A DNA stretch of 32,000 nt. Source: Ruminococcus albus 7 = DSM 20455 (lineage in GTDB: Bacteria; Bacillota; Clostridia; Oscillospirales; Ruminococcaceae). A model generated the notes under the pieces. The model saw nothing but the letters and a program-made list of their open reading frames with translations. It searched no databases and had not been told where the DNA came from. Every line of letters begins with the position of its first letter. Positions within the stretch are counted from its first letter, which is position 1. Location: NCBI RefSeq assembly GCF_000179635.2, contig NC_014833.1, positions 1,290,001-1,322,000 of the forward strand, given 5' to 3'. Position numbers and translations under genes: made by a program. Shown one piece after another: positions 8,398-17,475 of the stretch.

Positions 8398-8930
8398 ATA
8401 AACTGAGCATAAGACTTCTTCGTGCCGATGAGATCGAATGCCGTATAGGTACTATAAGCGATAAAGGACTGTCCCTGCTGCTTTACAAAGACGCTCGTGC
8501 AGATATGAAGATACTGGACGAGACCTTCGGTGTGCTGGGCTGGAAAAGATCTCACCAGAGTATAAACGGAAATCTCTACTGTACCATAGAACTATGGGAC
8601 GAGGACAAAAAGCAGTGGATATCCAAACAGGACGTTGGTACAGAAAGCTATACCGAAAAGGAAAAAGGTCAGGCATCGGATAGCTTCAAAAGAGCCTGCT
8701 TTACTCTAGGCATAGGACGAGAATTGTATTCTGCACCTCATGTATGGGTGTCAGCGCAGAAATGCCGAATCCAGAGGCGCGGAGATAAGTTCGTCTGCTT
8801 TGATAAATTCTCTGTCGGACATATCGTGTACAACGATGACCGCGAGATAATCGGGCTCACGATAATCAATTCCGATACAGGTGAAGTGGTCTATAACGGC
8901 TACAAGAGATCACAGAAGAAAACAGCGTGA
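8394..8930 (+). CDS. Rad52/Sak-like single-strand annealing protein
   Basis: ATGA overlap with the exonuclease gene. Contains LDETFGVLGWKRS...KGQASDSFKRACFTLGIGRELY, which matches the Rad52_22-type signature. Confidence 0.8.
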   Translation: MNKLSIRLLRADEIECRIGTISDKGLSLLLYKDARADMKILDETFGVLGWKRSHQSINGNLYCTIELWDEDKKQWISKQDVGTESYTEKEKGQASDSFKRACFTLGIGRELYSAPHVWVSAQKCRIQRRGDKFVCFDKFSVGHIVYNDDREIIGLTIINSDTGEVVYNGYKRSQKKTA

Positions 8931-8935
8931 GTTAT

Positions 8936-8967
8936 GCCCCTTGGCGATGATCGTCAAGGGGCTTTTT
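8936..8967 (+). terminator. Hairpin plus T-run immediately before the amidoligase SD (terminator/attenuator)
   Basis: Stem GCCCCTTG/CAAGGGGC followed by TTTTT. The SD GGAGGAA of the next gene begins 7 nt later. Confidence 0.55.
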
Positions 8968-8985
8968 GTATTTGGAGGAACTTTT

Positions 8986-10104
8986 ATGAATGAGATCTAT
9001 GAGTGTGCAAACTGCGGATGCACCATTGAAAATGAGGAAGAACTTTATGAAGTTGAAGATGAGATAATATGTGAGGACTGCTTCAACGATGAAACATTTA
9101 CCTGCAGTCACTGCGGAGAAAGATATTTCTACCGGAATTCTGTATCCGATGAAAATACAGCGATCTGCCAGAACTGCTATGATAACTACTACCGCCGCTG
9201 TGAACGCTGCGGGTGTATCATCCACGATGATAATGTGTACTGGGACGGTGATTATCCTTATTGCAGTGACTGCTACGATGAAGAAGAACAGTGCAGGCAT
9301 ATACATGATTACGGATACAAGCCTGTGCCTATATTCTACAGATGCAGTGACGAAGATGAAAATGTCCGCTGTTACGGCGTTGAACTTGAAATTGACAGGG
9401 GAGGGAAGGACGATGACAACGCAGATACCCTTGAAAGCATAGCAAACAGGGAAGAAGAGATCCTGTACATAAAATCGGACGGTTCTCTTGACGAGGGTAT
9501 GGAGCTTGTAAGTCATCCCTGTTCTCTTTACTACCATAAATATGACTTCCCCTGGGCTGAGATAATGAAAAGAGCAGTGCGTCTTGGTTACAGGTCACAT
9601 AACACAAGCACCTGCGGACTTCATGTACATATAGGCAGGTCAGCCCTTGGAAACACATACGAACGTCAGGAAGATGTCATAAGCAGGATATTGTTCTTCT
9701 TTGAAAGTCACTGGAACGAGCTGTTCAGATTCAGCAGACGTTCCGAAGAATCAGCCGAACACTGGGCGGCAAGACACGGATATGAAGACCACCCGAAGGA
9801 GATACTTGAAAAAGCCAAGAAGAGCAGCAAGGGCAGATATGCCTGCGTGAACATAACCAACATCAGCACAGTGGAGATAAGGCTGTTCAGAGGTACGCTG
9901 AAGTGGAATACCTTTATGGCATCTCTTGAACTTGTGGACGCTATATGCGAGAATGCGATACGCCATAGTGATGAAGAACTGCATAAGCAGTCATGGGCGG
10001 ATTTTGTGATGAATATAAACAATGAAAATACTGAACTGATAAAGTACCTGAAAGAGAAAAGGCTCTATGTGAACGAGCCTGTTGAAACAGAGGAGGATAA
10101 TTGA
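8986..10104 (+). CDS. Amidoligase_2-family (glutamine-synthetase-fold COOH-NH2 ligase) with an N-terminal triple CxxC Zn-ribbon region
   Basis: ATG at 8986 after GGAGGAA. The N-terminus has three CxxC...CxxC units (CANC..CEDC, CSHC..CQNC, CERC..CSDC). The core contains YGVELEIDRGG, GLHVHIG and EIRLFRGTL. Confidence 0.8.
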   Translation: MNEIYECANCGCTIENEEELYEVEDEIICEDCFNDETFTCSHCGERYFYRNSVSDENTAICQNCYDNYYRRCERCGCIIHDDNVYWDGDYPYCSDCYDEEEQCRHIHDYGYKPVPIFYRCSDEDENVRCYGVELEIDRGGKDDDNADTLESIANREEEILYIKSDGSLDEGMELVSHPCSLYYHKYDFPWAEIMKRAVRLGYRSHNTSTCGLHVHIGRSALGNTYERQEDVISRILFFFESHWNELFRFSRRSEESAEHWAARHGYEDHPKEILEKAKKSSKGRYACVNITNISTVEIRLFRGTLKWNTFMASLELVDAICENAIRHSDEELHKQSWADFVMNINNENTELIKYLKEKRLYVNEPVETEEDN

Positions 10105-10105
10105 T

Positions 10106-11074
10106 ATGTGCGCTATATTTGGATTTGTGAACTACCGTCATGCAGTAAGCGGAAGGCATCTGAAAGAGTTGGTGAACAGGCTGGCAGTTGAATCGGAAGT
10201 AAGGGGAACGGATGCAACGGGAATAGCTTACATCAAAGAAAATGAGCTGAAAGTATACAAGAGACCGAAGCCTGCCCACAAGATGAGGTTCTATTTCCCC
10301 GAAGATACTACCATACTCACAGGTCACACCAGAATGACCACACAGGGCAATGCGAAATACAATTACAACAATCACCCCTTCACAGGACACACTGCGGAGG
10401 GTGATTTTGCGCTCTGTCACAATGGAGTTTTATTCAATGACGATATTCTTCAGAAGGATGAAGATCTGCCGAAGACACAGATAAAGACAGACACCTATGC
10501 GGCTGTACAGCTGATCGAAAAATACGGCAGTTTAAGCTTTGAGACTATTGCTAAGATGTGCGAGACAGTTAAAGGTAATTTCGTGTTCACCATTCTTAAT
10601 GAGGACAATACGCTATATCTGGCAAAGGGAGATAATCCTCTTTGCATTGTACATTTCAAGCAGCTGGGGCTGTATGTGTATACCTCTACCAGAAAGATAA
10701 TGGAGGAAGTGATAATGAACACATTCCTGAAAATATACAAGTTCGATTTTGTAACGTCAGAGGAAGGAGATATTATCCGCATAGACAAGAACGGCGTACT
10801 GACAAGGAGCAAATTTGAATTTGAGGACTATTTTGCACTTGAACGTCATTGGAATCATGCATCATACGGTCATCACTCTGATTATCTTTACGAGCTTTGC
10901 AATCTGTTCGGGCTGACGGTGGATGATATATCTCTGCTGTATGAAATGGGTTACTGCGATGAGGATATAGAGATGATGCTTGATGACAGGGAATATCTCA
11001 ATATGTGTCTAGAAGAGGCTAAGGAATACTACGGAGACTGGCTTATGGAAGAAAGCTATGGTGTTAAGGTTTAG
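10106..11074 (+). CDS. Class-II (Ntn) glutamine amidotransferase-like protein
   Basis: ATG at 10106 after GAGGAGG. The protein begins MCAIFGFV (catalytic Cys2), followed by RGTDATGIAY, GHTRMTTQG and CHNG. Confidence 0.85.
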   Translation: MCAIFGFVNYRHAVSGRHLKELVNRLAVESEVRGTDATGIAYIKENELKVYKRPKPAHKMRFYFPEDTTILTGHTRMTTQGNAKYNYNNHPFTGHTAEGDFALCHNGVLFNDDILQKDEDLPKTQIKTDTYAAVQLIEKYGSLSFETIAKMCETVKGNFVFTILNEDNTLYLAKGDNPLCIVHFKQLGLYVYTSTRKIMEEVIMNTFLKIYKFDFVTSEEGDIIRIDKNGVLTRSKFEFEDYFALERHWNHASYGHHSDYLYELCNLFGLTVDDISLLYEMGYCDEDIEMMLDDREYLNMCLEEAKEYYGDWLMEESYGVKV

Positions 11075-11093
11075 GGAAAGGAAGCAGATATTT

Positions 11094-11408
11094 ATGGGTT
11101 ACAGATTTGACGGAAACAAGTATATTACAAGCGGTATTGAAGCGGAGATACCGCTTGCCATACAGATAATGATGTTTGAAAGCCTTGCGTTAATGGAGCG
11201 CAAGGCTGGAGAACTGGACAGGTTACAGGTGTTCAGGCTGACTACAACAGAAAAAGACGGTACCTTCCTGCTTAACATAAGGCATGAACAGGAGATACCG
11301 GAAGCTTCGATGGATTTCTTTATGCCGGTGGATGCGGCGATCAATACTAAGGTCTATATTATTGATGATGTAGATCATGTTACTATGCTGCTGGCGGAGG
11401 AGTATTAG
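11094..11408 (+). CDS. Hypothetical protein, DUF960-like by recollection
   Basis: The preferred start is MGYRFDGNKYITSG... The C-terminus VYIIDDVDHVTMLLAEEY resembles DUF960 proteins found on Firmicutes mobile elements. This comes from memory only. Confidence 0.5.
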   Translation: MGYRFDGNKYITSGIEAEIPLAIQIMMFESLALMERKAGELDRLQVFRLTTTEKDGTFLLNIRHEQEIPEASMDFFMPVDAAINTKVYIIDDVDHVTMLLAEEY

Positions 11409-11446
11409 TTTCTATGTATTTTTATTTATGAAAGGCGTGATAAAAA

Positions 11447-11842
11447 ATGGTAGTAATGAACCCAAAAGGTGAGGTAGTGATCGCTCACCATGGAAAAAAG
11501 GAACTCCGTGTAAAGTTTTGCAAAGACGGGATCAGAGCACGTTCAGAACTTGGTTACAAGTCCTTTTATCTGTACAATAAAGATATGTATATAAGATCGA
11601 CAGATAAAGGATATGTCACTGAAAATATGCAGTTCGCACTTATAAGGATCGAGAGATTCCTGATAAATGCTATTAACGTGATCGGTGCCGGGTTTGAAGA
11701 AAATGCTATACCATCCGAATCTCATAAAGCAGCGGTTTTGCTTATGCAAAATGTAAGCGATACTAAAATGACTTCGATCGAAAGATGGGCTGACTTTGAC
11801 AAAAAGGTTGAACGATTGGGCGGATGGTTTGGAAACTGGTAG
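11447..11842 (+). CDS. Hypothetical protein
   Basis: 131-aa ORF, co-directional with the preceding genes. The SD is weak and no family is recognised. Confidence 0.45.
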   Translation: MVVMNPKGEVVIAHHGKKELRVKFCKDGIRARSELGYKSFYLYNKDMYIRSTDKGYVTENMQFALIRIERFLINAINVIGAGFEENAIPSESHKAAVLLMQNVSDTKMTSIERWADFDKKVERLGGWFGNW

Positions 11843-11849
11843 AAAAAAT

Positions 11850-11878
11850 ACAGTGGCTGTTGTGGAAACAGCCACTGT
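11850..11878. terminator. Hairpin terminator between convergent genes; its T-run is on the minus strand
   Basis: 11-bp stem ACAGTGGCTGT/ACAGCCACTGT. An A-run lies upstream on the plus strand, which is a T-run on the minus strand. Confidence 0.6.
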
Positions 11879-11951
11879 AAAATACTAAAGTCTCGTACTA
11901 TGAATCTGTAAAATGAGTAAGTTAAATTGTATACTCTTGAAAGAATGATTT

Positions 11952-12893
11952 TTACTGTTGAATCAGCTGATTCAGTAGTTCTTTGAATAAAATTCTCTTT
12001 TCTTCATTTTTTAAGACATTGTGTTCAATTTCTGAGCAAAACTTTTTATATGCTTCTGTATAATTCGAAAAGGGTTGAATGTTGTATTTATTGAAAAAAA
12101 TTGAATAATCAGGATGTTCCTCTAATACATATGCCGCAATAAGGTTCAATTGAGGCATTCCGGACTCAAGAAGATTAAAAATATGCTTGATTTTTTCTTT
12201 TCCTATTATTTTCAAAAGTTTATATATAAGGTTACTCTGGAAGGTAGTATCACACATTGAGATTTCTTCTGAAAATGCATCATATATAGGGTTCATATTC
12301 AATTCTTGATTAAAGCTATGCTGTATGTTTTTTTTGAAAATTGATTCTATATCAGCTATAGAATTGATTTTGGAAAGATTAAAGCCTCGTTGCTTATATC
12401 TTGAATCTTCATGTGTGATCTTGGATTTAATGTAGTTCTTAACAGCCTGGAATGCATAATTATCTGATTTTTTTAGAAGATAACGATATGCATCCATAAC
12501 ACCAATCATTTCGGCCTCTATTTCATATGGTAAATATTTATAATTATTATCATAAAACTTTTTATTATTTTGAGAAGCTAAAAGACTAATTGCTATTTGG
12601 GGTTTTGCTGTACCTTCTTTTATATCGTAAAACTGTTTAACATGATGAAATTCATGAAAAATAGCAATGAGCGCAGCCACATAAACAGATTTATCATTTT
12701 CAAATTCAAGTTCAAGCGGATGTAAATAGATATCGACGTAGCGTTTTATTTTTTTGTTTTTATCTGGAATTTGAGTGGTAGTTTTACCTGGGATAAAAAA
12801 TTTTTTGAATATGTGCATTCTGAATTTGAATTCTGTATTCTTAGATAGTTTTCTGCCTAATATCAAAAGTTCTATATATTGCAGACAATTCAT
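11952..12893 (-). CDS. AT-rich hypothetical protein with an HExxH metallopeptidase-like motif
   Basis: 313 aa. Contains AALIAIFHEFHHVKQF (HEFHH) and a downstream acidic segment, PYEIEAEM. It has its own consensus promoter. Confidence 0.55.
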   Translation of the reverse strand: MNCLQYIELLILGRKLSKNTEFKFRMHIFKKFFIPGKTTTQIPDKNKKIKRYVDIYLHPLELEFENDKSVYVAALIAIFHEFHHVKQFYDIKEGTAKPQIAISLLASQNNKKFYDNNYKYLPYEIEAEMIGVMDAYRYLLKKSDNYAFQAVKNYIKSKITHEDSRYKQRGFNLSKINSIADIESIFKKNIQHSFNQELNMNPIYDAFSEEISMCDTTFQSNLIYKLLKIIGKEKIKHIFNLLESGMPQLNLIAAYVLEEHPDYSIFFNKYNIQPFSNYTEAYKKFCSEIEHNVLKNEEKRILFKELLNQLIQQ

Positions 12894-12923
12894 TATGATC
12901 CCCTTTTCGTTTTTGTTGTATAT

Positions 12924-12952
12924 ATTATAGCTTTCTTTATGATTAATGTCAA
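12924..12952 (-). promoter_or_regulatory. Promoter of 11952..12893
   Basis: The minus strand reads TTGACA (12952-12947), a 17-nt spacer, then TATAAT (12929-12924). Confidence 0.5.
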
Positions 12953-12992
12953 TGATTATAGAACATAAAAATCTATCTCTCAGGAATTCTAG

Positions 12993-13450
12993 TGAAAAAA
13001 AGCGTGGCAGAGGAACTAAAAAGTTAAGATAATCGTAGCTTTATCAAAGAATGCAGCAGAAATTCCAAAGAACATGAAAATGAACGATGTGCCGAATTTA
13101 AACGGTATTACGGTGGGAAGATTTGCCTGGGATAATATCTGCGCTGGTACTATGATTGAGAGCGATAATGCTCGAAGCTACAAGAAGCCGCTGGCACAGA
13201 AATACTTCCATGTTTTTGAAACATATGATCCGACAAGCGGTCAGCTGAACTGGATGCATAAAGTTATATCAAACTTCAAAGCAATGATTGTGGGGACTTA
13301 CCACGGAAGCGAAAAGTTCCACACAGCGTTGTATTTTGCCGAATACTGCTATAAATTCAACCGCCGTAAGCTTGGAAACAGTGCGTATTTAAGGCTTTTG
13401 GCTGCTTTGGTTCAGTGATCTTACTTGTGGTGTGTTAAGGGGATAGCCAT
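12993..13450 (+). pseudogene. 5'-truncated, diverged IS1595-family copy (transposase C-terminal remnant plus right IR)
   Basis: Homology to the 3910-4931 element starts near 12993 (AAAAAGCGTGGCAGAGGAACT...), with in-frame stops before ORF 13074..13418 (NARSYKKPLAQKYFHVFETYDPTSGQLNWMHKVISNFKAM...). It ends in the IR TGTGGTGTGTTAAGGGGATAGCCAT (13427-13450). No left end is present. Confidence 0.85.
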
Positions 13451-13552
13451 AATTTTTTATTATGGACAAATTATTATTAGACCATCAGAAGATAGATCTT
13501 TTTTCTGACATATAGAGCTATCTGTCAGACTGTCAGTATCCGGATCATGCAT

Positions 13553-13582
13553 AAAAAATGCAGAGCCTAAGTTGCTCTGCAT
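13553..13582 (-). terminator. Rho-independent terminator of 13618..14337
   Basis: Stem ATGCAGAGC/GCTCTGCAT. A6 on the plus strand gives a T-run after the hairpin on the minus strand. Confidence 0.6.
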
Positions 13583-13617
13583 TGGGATGATATATTCAGT
13601 TTATAGTTGCTAAAAAA

Positions 13618-14337
13618 TCAGATCTTATCTATTTTATTCAATGCTTTAATTACTATTTCAGGTATCTCGGCAGGTGGCTCAAATCTTTTATAAACATAGG
13701 CTATGTCAGACAACGCGCCTTCAAGATCATGCAGTTTTGCTTTCAGAAAACCTCTCACCCAGTAGTAAGAATACGGAAAGCAATGTTCATTTTCATCTTC
13801 AGCGATTATCCTTGTACATTCTCCGATTATATTCTCCGGTGTTTTTACCCTTTCAAACCAATCAAGCATAAAAGGAATATTTCTTCTGACAACCGCTTTG
13901 ATCTTCTCAATATTTTCAGGCGTATCGTTGCCATATGCCTGAATGAAATACTTCTCTCTGAAAGCATGATGTTCTTCAATACTGTATGCGTCGGGGTTGC
14001 CGAAGTTATATCCGATATATGGCAAAGGAGAACCTCTATGATCTATTTTTACCGCCTTTTCAGTGCGGTGGTATACAAGTTTACCTGTTGTGTTCCAAGG
14101 CTTATAGTTGACCCCCAAAAAGCAGCTTTCCCAAGGAATAAAATCAAAATTGTATCCCCAATACAATGGACCACGAGGGCCTTTCAAGGGATAAAACATG
14201 ACCACTTTACGGCAATGATCCTCCCATGGAGTGAACCAGAAATGTCCTTTTTCGCAGACTTTCACATCAAATTCTTCTTTAAGAACCTCACAAATAATAT
14301 TATCCAGATTTGGTATCAGATTTAAATAGGTTTCCAT
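13618..14337 (-). CDS. Hypothetical protein
   Basis: 239-aa ORF with GGAGGGAAA-type SD (14342-14349, minus). It has its own promoter and terminator. No family recognised. Confidence 0.6.
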   Translation of the reverse strand: METYLNLIPNLDNIICEVLKEEFDVKVCEKGHFWFTPWEDHCRKVVMFYPLKGPRGPLYWGYNFDFIPWESCFLGVNYKPWNTTGKLVYHRTEKAVKIDHRGSPLPYIGYNFGNPDAYSIEEHHAFREKYFIQAYGNDTPENIEKIKAVVRRNIPFMLDWFERVKTPENIIGECTRIIAEDENEHCFPYSYYWVRGFLKAKLHDLEGALSDIAYVYKRFEPPAEIPEIVIKALNKIDKI

Positions 14338-14397
14338 AATTTCCCTCCTATAATCACTGATTCTAATGAGACCCAGACCGCTAGCTATTACACCTAA

Positions 14398-14426
14398 ATT
14401 ATATCACACCGCCCCCGAAAAAGCAA
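14398..14426 (-). promoter_or_regulatory. Promoter of 13618..14337
   Basis: The minus strand reads TTGCTT (14426-14421), a 17-nt spacer, then TATAAT (14403-14398). Confidence 0.45.
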
Positions 14427-14805
14427 TCTTTTTTCTGAGAGAGACAACCGCTGAAGCCAATGATATTATTAGATTTTTTACGGATAACCGCGGTTTAATC
14501 TAGTGTGATAATGCGGTTTGTATTCTGAGGAGTTTTAATTGTCACTTGCCGCTGCATTAACCACACTTTCTTATCTACAAAATGCACATCTATTTTAGAT
14601 CACATTCATTGGTCCGATAGATCATGATATCGCCCTGTGGGTTTTCGGGAATTGGAATACCTCCCAATGAAATTCTGCACTATCGAAATTTGTTAGATTT
14701 ATGAATTACAGCCATATGAATCGTATCAGCGATTTTTTCATAAAGCGCAGCATGGAACTTTTGGCAGTTATGGTTATCAATAAGGCTAATGTCAGGAAAA
14801 ATATA

Positions 14806-14834
14806 TTGACTTTGCACAATTTGCGTGATATAAT
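14806..14834 (+). promoter_or_regulatory. Promoter of cas3
   Basis: TTGACT (14806-14811), a 17-nt spacer, then TATAAT (14829-14834), with TG at 14826-14827. It lies about 185 nt upstream of the cas3 ATG. Confidence 0.55.
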
Positions 14835-15018
14835 ATGCTTAACAATTATATTCTTGTCTAAACAAAGTTTAAATATATTTACACGAACCGGTTACTGTAC
14901 AAATTTATTCCCCACAAATCCGATAACATATGATATAATAATATAGAAACACATAACACTTCAAGACGTCAGCTAGATAAGAAAACAAATATCAATAACT
15001 ATTATTTGGAGGGAAGTC

Positions 15019-17367
15019 ATGTATACTGCACATATCAGAGAAAATGACAAAGTGATACAAACTGTATCGGAGCACAGCCAAAATACTGCTTTACTAGCAG
15101 AACGATTTTTGACATCTTCAAATATAGGATCAGTTGGTTATCTTTGCGGGCTTCTTCATGATGCCGGAAAACTCTTAAAAGATTTCGACGACTACATAAA
15201 TAAAAGAAACAAAATGACACGCGGCAGTATTGACCATGCTTATGCCGGTGCGAAGTATCTTATATCAATTGCAAGCAAAGATAAAGCAAATATTGCAGCT
15301 ATAAGCATGGCACATACCATTGTTTCTCACCACGGTATACATGACTGGATAGACAATGACAACTACGATTATTTCAGCAAACGTATCTCATATGATAAAG
15401 GATATGATGAGATACTCAATAATCTGAATGAAATCATAGGCGATATAAATATAAATGACCTGTTTGAAAAAGCGACAAAAGAATGGTTTGATGTTGCAAA
15501 AATGATTCGTGGTTTTTCTAAAACAAAAGAAGAAAAAGAAGAAAAAATAGATAATACCAAGTTTTACTTCTATCTTGGAATGCTGGAACGTCTCATACAA
15601 TCAGCACTGATCGACGCAGACAGAACAGATACCGCTGATTTTATGTCCGGTGTGGAAAGTGCGGAAGAAACCGACACTTCTCTTTTATGGGAACAAATGG
15701 ATAGTCGTATGAACGAAAAGCTGAAAAGTTTTGAGAATAAAACCGATGCTATTTCATTGCAGCGAAGAAGTATATCCGACAGATGTGCTGCATTTGCTGA
15801 CCATAAAGTTGGTGTCTGTCGACTTATCGTTCCTACAGGCGGCGGAAAAACACTTTCATCATTAAGATTTGCAATAAAGCAATGTAAAAACTACGGAATG
15901 AAAAAGATCTTCTATATTGCCCCGTTCATGTCGATACTTGAACAGAACAGTGATATCATAGGTGAACTTTCAGGAGAAGAAGATTTTCTGGAACATCATT
16001 CAAACATCATATCGGATATAGATAATGAAAATGAGCTGGAAAAATATCTGCTATATTCGGAACGCTGGACAAAGCCAGTTATTGCAACAACTATGGTACA
16101 GTTTCTGAACACGTTATTTTCAGCAAAAACTTCATCCGTCAGAAGAATGCACTGTCTTTGCAATTCGGTAATAATCATCGATGAAGTACAGTCTGTGCCG
16201 CTGAAATGTACTCACCTTTTCAGTCTAGCTGTAAATTTTCTGACAAAGATATGCGGTTGTTCCGTTGTACTTTGTTCGGCAACTCAGCCGACATTTGAGA
16301 GAAACGAACACAGTCTGATGCGTGATGAACGTGCAGATATGATAGAAAATTATGCAGAGGATTTTGAAGTATTTAAGAGAACCGAAATGATACCCGCCAT
16401 GCAAAAATACGGCTACGACATAGAAGAAGCGACGCTTTTATGCGAGCAAAAGTTTGAAGAAAACGGCAATCTTCTGCTTATAGTTAACACAAAAAAACAG
16501 GCACGGGAAATGTACACGCGCTTAAAGGACAAGCTGGGAGAAAAAGCACATATCATACACCTCAGCACTAATATGTGCCCTGCCCACCGAAAAGAAAGTA
16601 TAGATGATCTGAAAGAAAAGCTTGAACATGGAGTTCCTGTTGTATGTGTTACCACTCAGCTTATCGAGGCGGGTGTTGATATTTCTTTCAGCTGTGTTGT
16701 AAGGGCTTTGGCAGGACTCGATAATGCCGCACAGGCAGCAGGACGATGCAACAGAAATGGTGAGAAAGGAAGGATATGTCCTGTATATCTGATAAACTTC
16801 AAGAACGAACCTCTTGGAAATCTCACAGAGATCAAAACAGCGCAGGACATTTCACAACACGTTATCCGAAACAATGAGAATGCCGATCTGCTTTCGGTAG
16901 ATATTCAAAGCAGTTATTTTGAACAACTGTTTTCACAAAATAAAGAAAAGCTGGACTATCCTGCTAATGGCACAACACTCCTTGAACTTCTGTCAACAAA
17001 CAAGGGTAAAGCCGAAGCACATGACCTTAAACCTGATATGCTTTTGCAGGCATTCAAAACAGCAGGTAATATATTTGAAGTGATAGACAGTCACACCGAG
17101 AACGTGATAGTGCCTTATAATGATGAAGCAGAGTCGTTTATCAGCAGACTGAATGATGACCTTACCCCGCAAGAAGCAGCTGAGATACTTCGCAAAGCAC
17201 AGAAATACACTGTCAGCGTTTATATGGGAACAAAAAAGGCGTTGGAAGAAAAAGGTGCGATACACATAACCAAGAATAATAATATTATCGTACTTGATAA
17301 GAGATTTTATAACAGCGAATTCGGAATTACTACCGAGGGCGCTGAACGGGAAACATTGATGTATTGA
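15019..17367 (+). CDS. cas3: Cas3 HD-nuclease/helicase (type I)
   Basis: 782 aa. N-terminal HD motifs (LLHDAGK, IDHAYAG, VSHHG). Helicase motifs PTGGGKT and IIIDEVQS. Gene order matches type I-C. SD GGAGGGAAG. Confidence 0.95.
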   Translation: MYTAHIRENDKVIQTVSEHSQNTALLAERFLTSSNIGSVGYLCGLLHDAGKLLKDFDDYINKRNKMTRGSIDHAYAGAKYLISIASKDKANIAAISMAHTIVSHHGIHDWIDNDNYDYFSKRISYDKGYDEILNNLNEIIGDININDLFEKATKEWFDVAKMIRGFSKTKEEKEEKIDNTKFYFYLGMLERLIQSALIDADRTDTADFMSGVESAEETDTSLLWEQMDSRMNEKLKSFENKTDAISLQRRSISDRCAAFADHKVGVCRLIVPTGGGKTLSSLRFAIKQCKNYGMKKIFYIAPFMSILEQNSDIIGELSGEEDFLEHHSNIISDIDNENELEKYLLYSERWTKPVIATTMVQFLNTLFSAKTSSVRRMHCLCNSVIIIDEVQSVPLKCTHLFSLAVNFLTKICGCSVVLCSATQPTFERNEHSLMRDERADMIENYAEDFEVFKRTEMIPAMQKYGYDIEEATLLCEQKFEENGNLLLIVNTKKQAREMYTRLKDKLGEKAHIIHLSTNMCPAHRKESIDDLKEKLEHGVPVVCVTTQLIEAGVDISFSCVVRALAGLDNAAQAAGRCNRNGEKGRICPVYLINFKNEPLGNLTEIKTAQDISQHVIRNNENADLLSVDIQSSYFEQLFSQNKEKLDYPANGTTLLELLSTNKGKAEAHDLKPDMLLQAFKTAGNIFEVIDSHTENVIVPYNDEAESFISRLNDDLTPQEAAEILRKAQKYTVSVYMGTKKALEEKGAIHITKNNNIIVLDKRFYNSEFGITTEGAERETLMY

Positions 17368-17469
17368 TAAAAAACAATGCACCGCATAGGAAGAGACCCT
17401 ATGCGGTGCGTTGAGACAATTAATGTAATTGATCTAATTTCAATCCACGCTAGTTTGTTTACTAACGAC
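17368..17469 (-). ncRNA. Predicted crRNA-like regulatory RNA: degenerate repeat, pseudo-spacer and terminator hairpin (CreR/CreA-like)
   Basis: Minus strand 17469->17437 reads GTCGTTAGTAAACAAACTAGCGTGGATTGAAAT. The last 12 nt are identical to the array repeat, and a stem is retained at repeat positions 3-22. The pseudo-spacer TAGATCAATTACATTAATTG... follows. The 12-bp hairpin at 17379-17409 has its T6 run only on the minus strand. See findings. Confidence 0.5.
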
Positions 17470-17475
17470 TTGATT

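Noticed and set aside
3910-13450. A composite transposon formed by the two IS1595 copies and carrying the esterase and phage-like genes
   Set aside because: The intact copy has its own flanking direct repeat, so it is a simple insertion. The second copy is 5'-truncated, diverged and inverted, with no matching outer duplication.
573-14426. A shared TTTTTCGGGGG stretch spanning the -35 3' end and spacer of the two minus-strand promoters at 573-601 and 14398-14426
   Set aside because: It is an 11-nt low-complexity match, and many 11-mer repeats are expected in a window of this size. It is noted only because both occur at the same promoter position, which is insufficient to call a regulatory site.
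14591-14612. TTT|TAGATCACATTCATTGG upstream of cas3, sharing the first 7 nt of the pseudo-spacer
   Set aside because: Only 7 contiguous nt match, and several such 7-mers are expected by chance in 64 kb. The PAM is TTT rather than TTC. The match breaks at positions 8, 9 and 11. The site is about 200 bp upstream of the cas3 -35 box.
14646-14676. GGGAATTGGAATACCTCCCAATGAAAT, a hairpin followed by an ATTGAAAT-like tail, as a possible second degenerate repeat upstream of cas3
   Set aside because: Only 7/10 of the handle matches and the stem is 4 bp. I could not find a PAM-flanked partial match of the downstream sequence to the cas3 promoter.
14701-14946. 81-aa ORF upstream of cas3
   Set aside because: It has no SD and low-complexity AT-rich content, and it spans the cas3 promoter (14806-14834) and 5' UTR.
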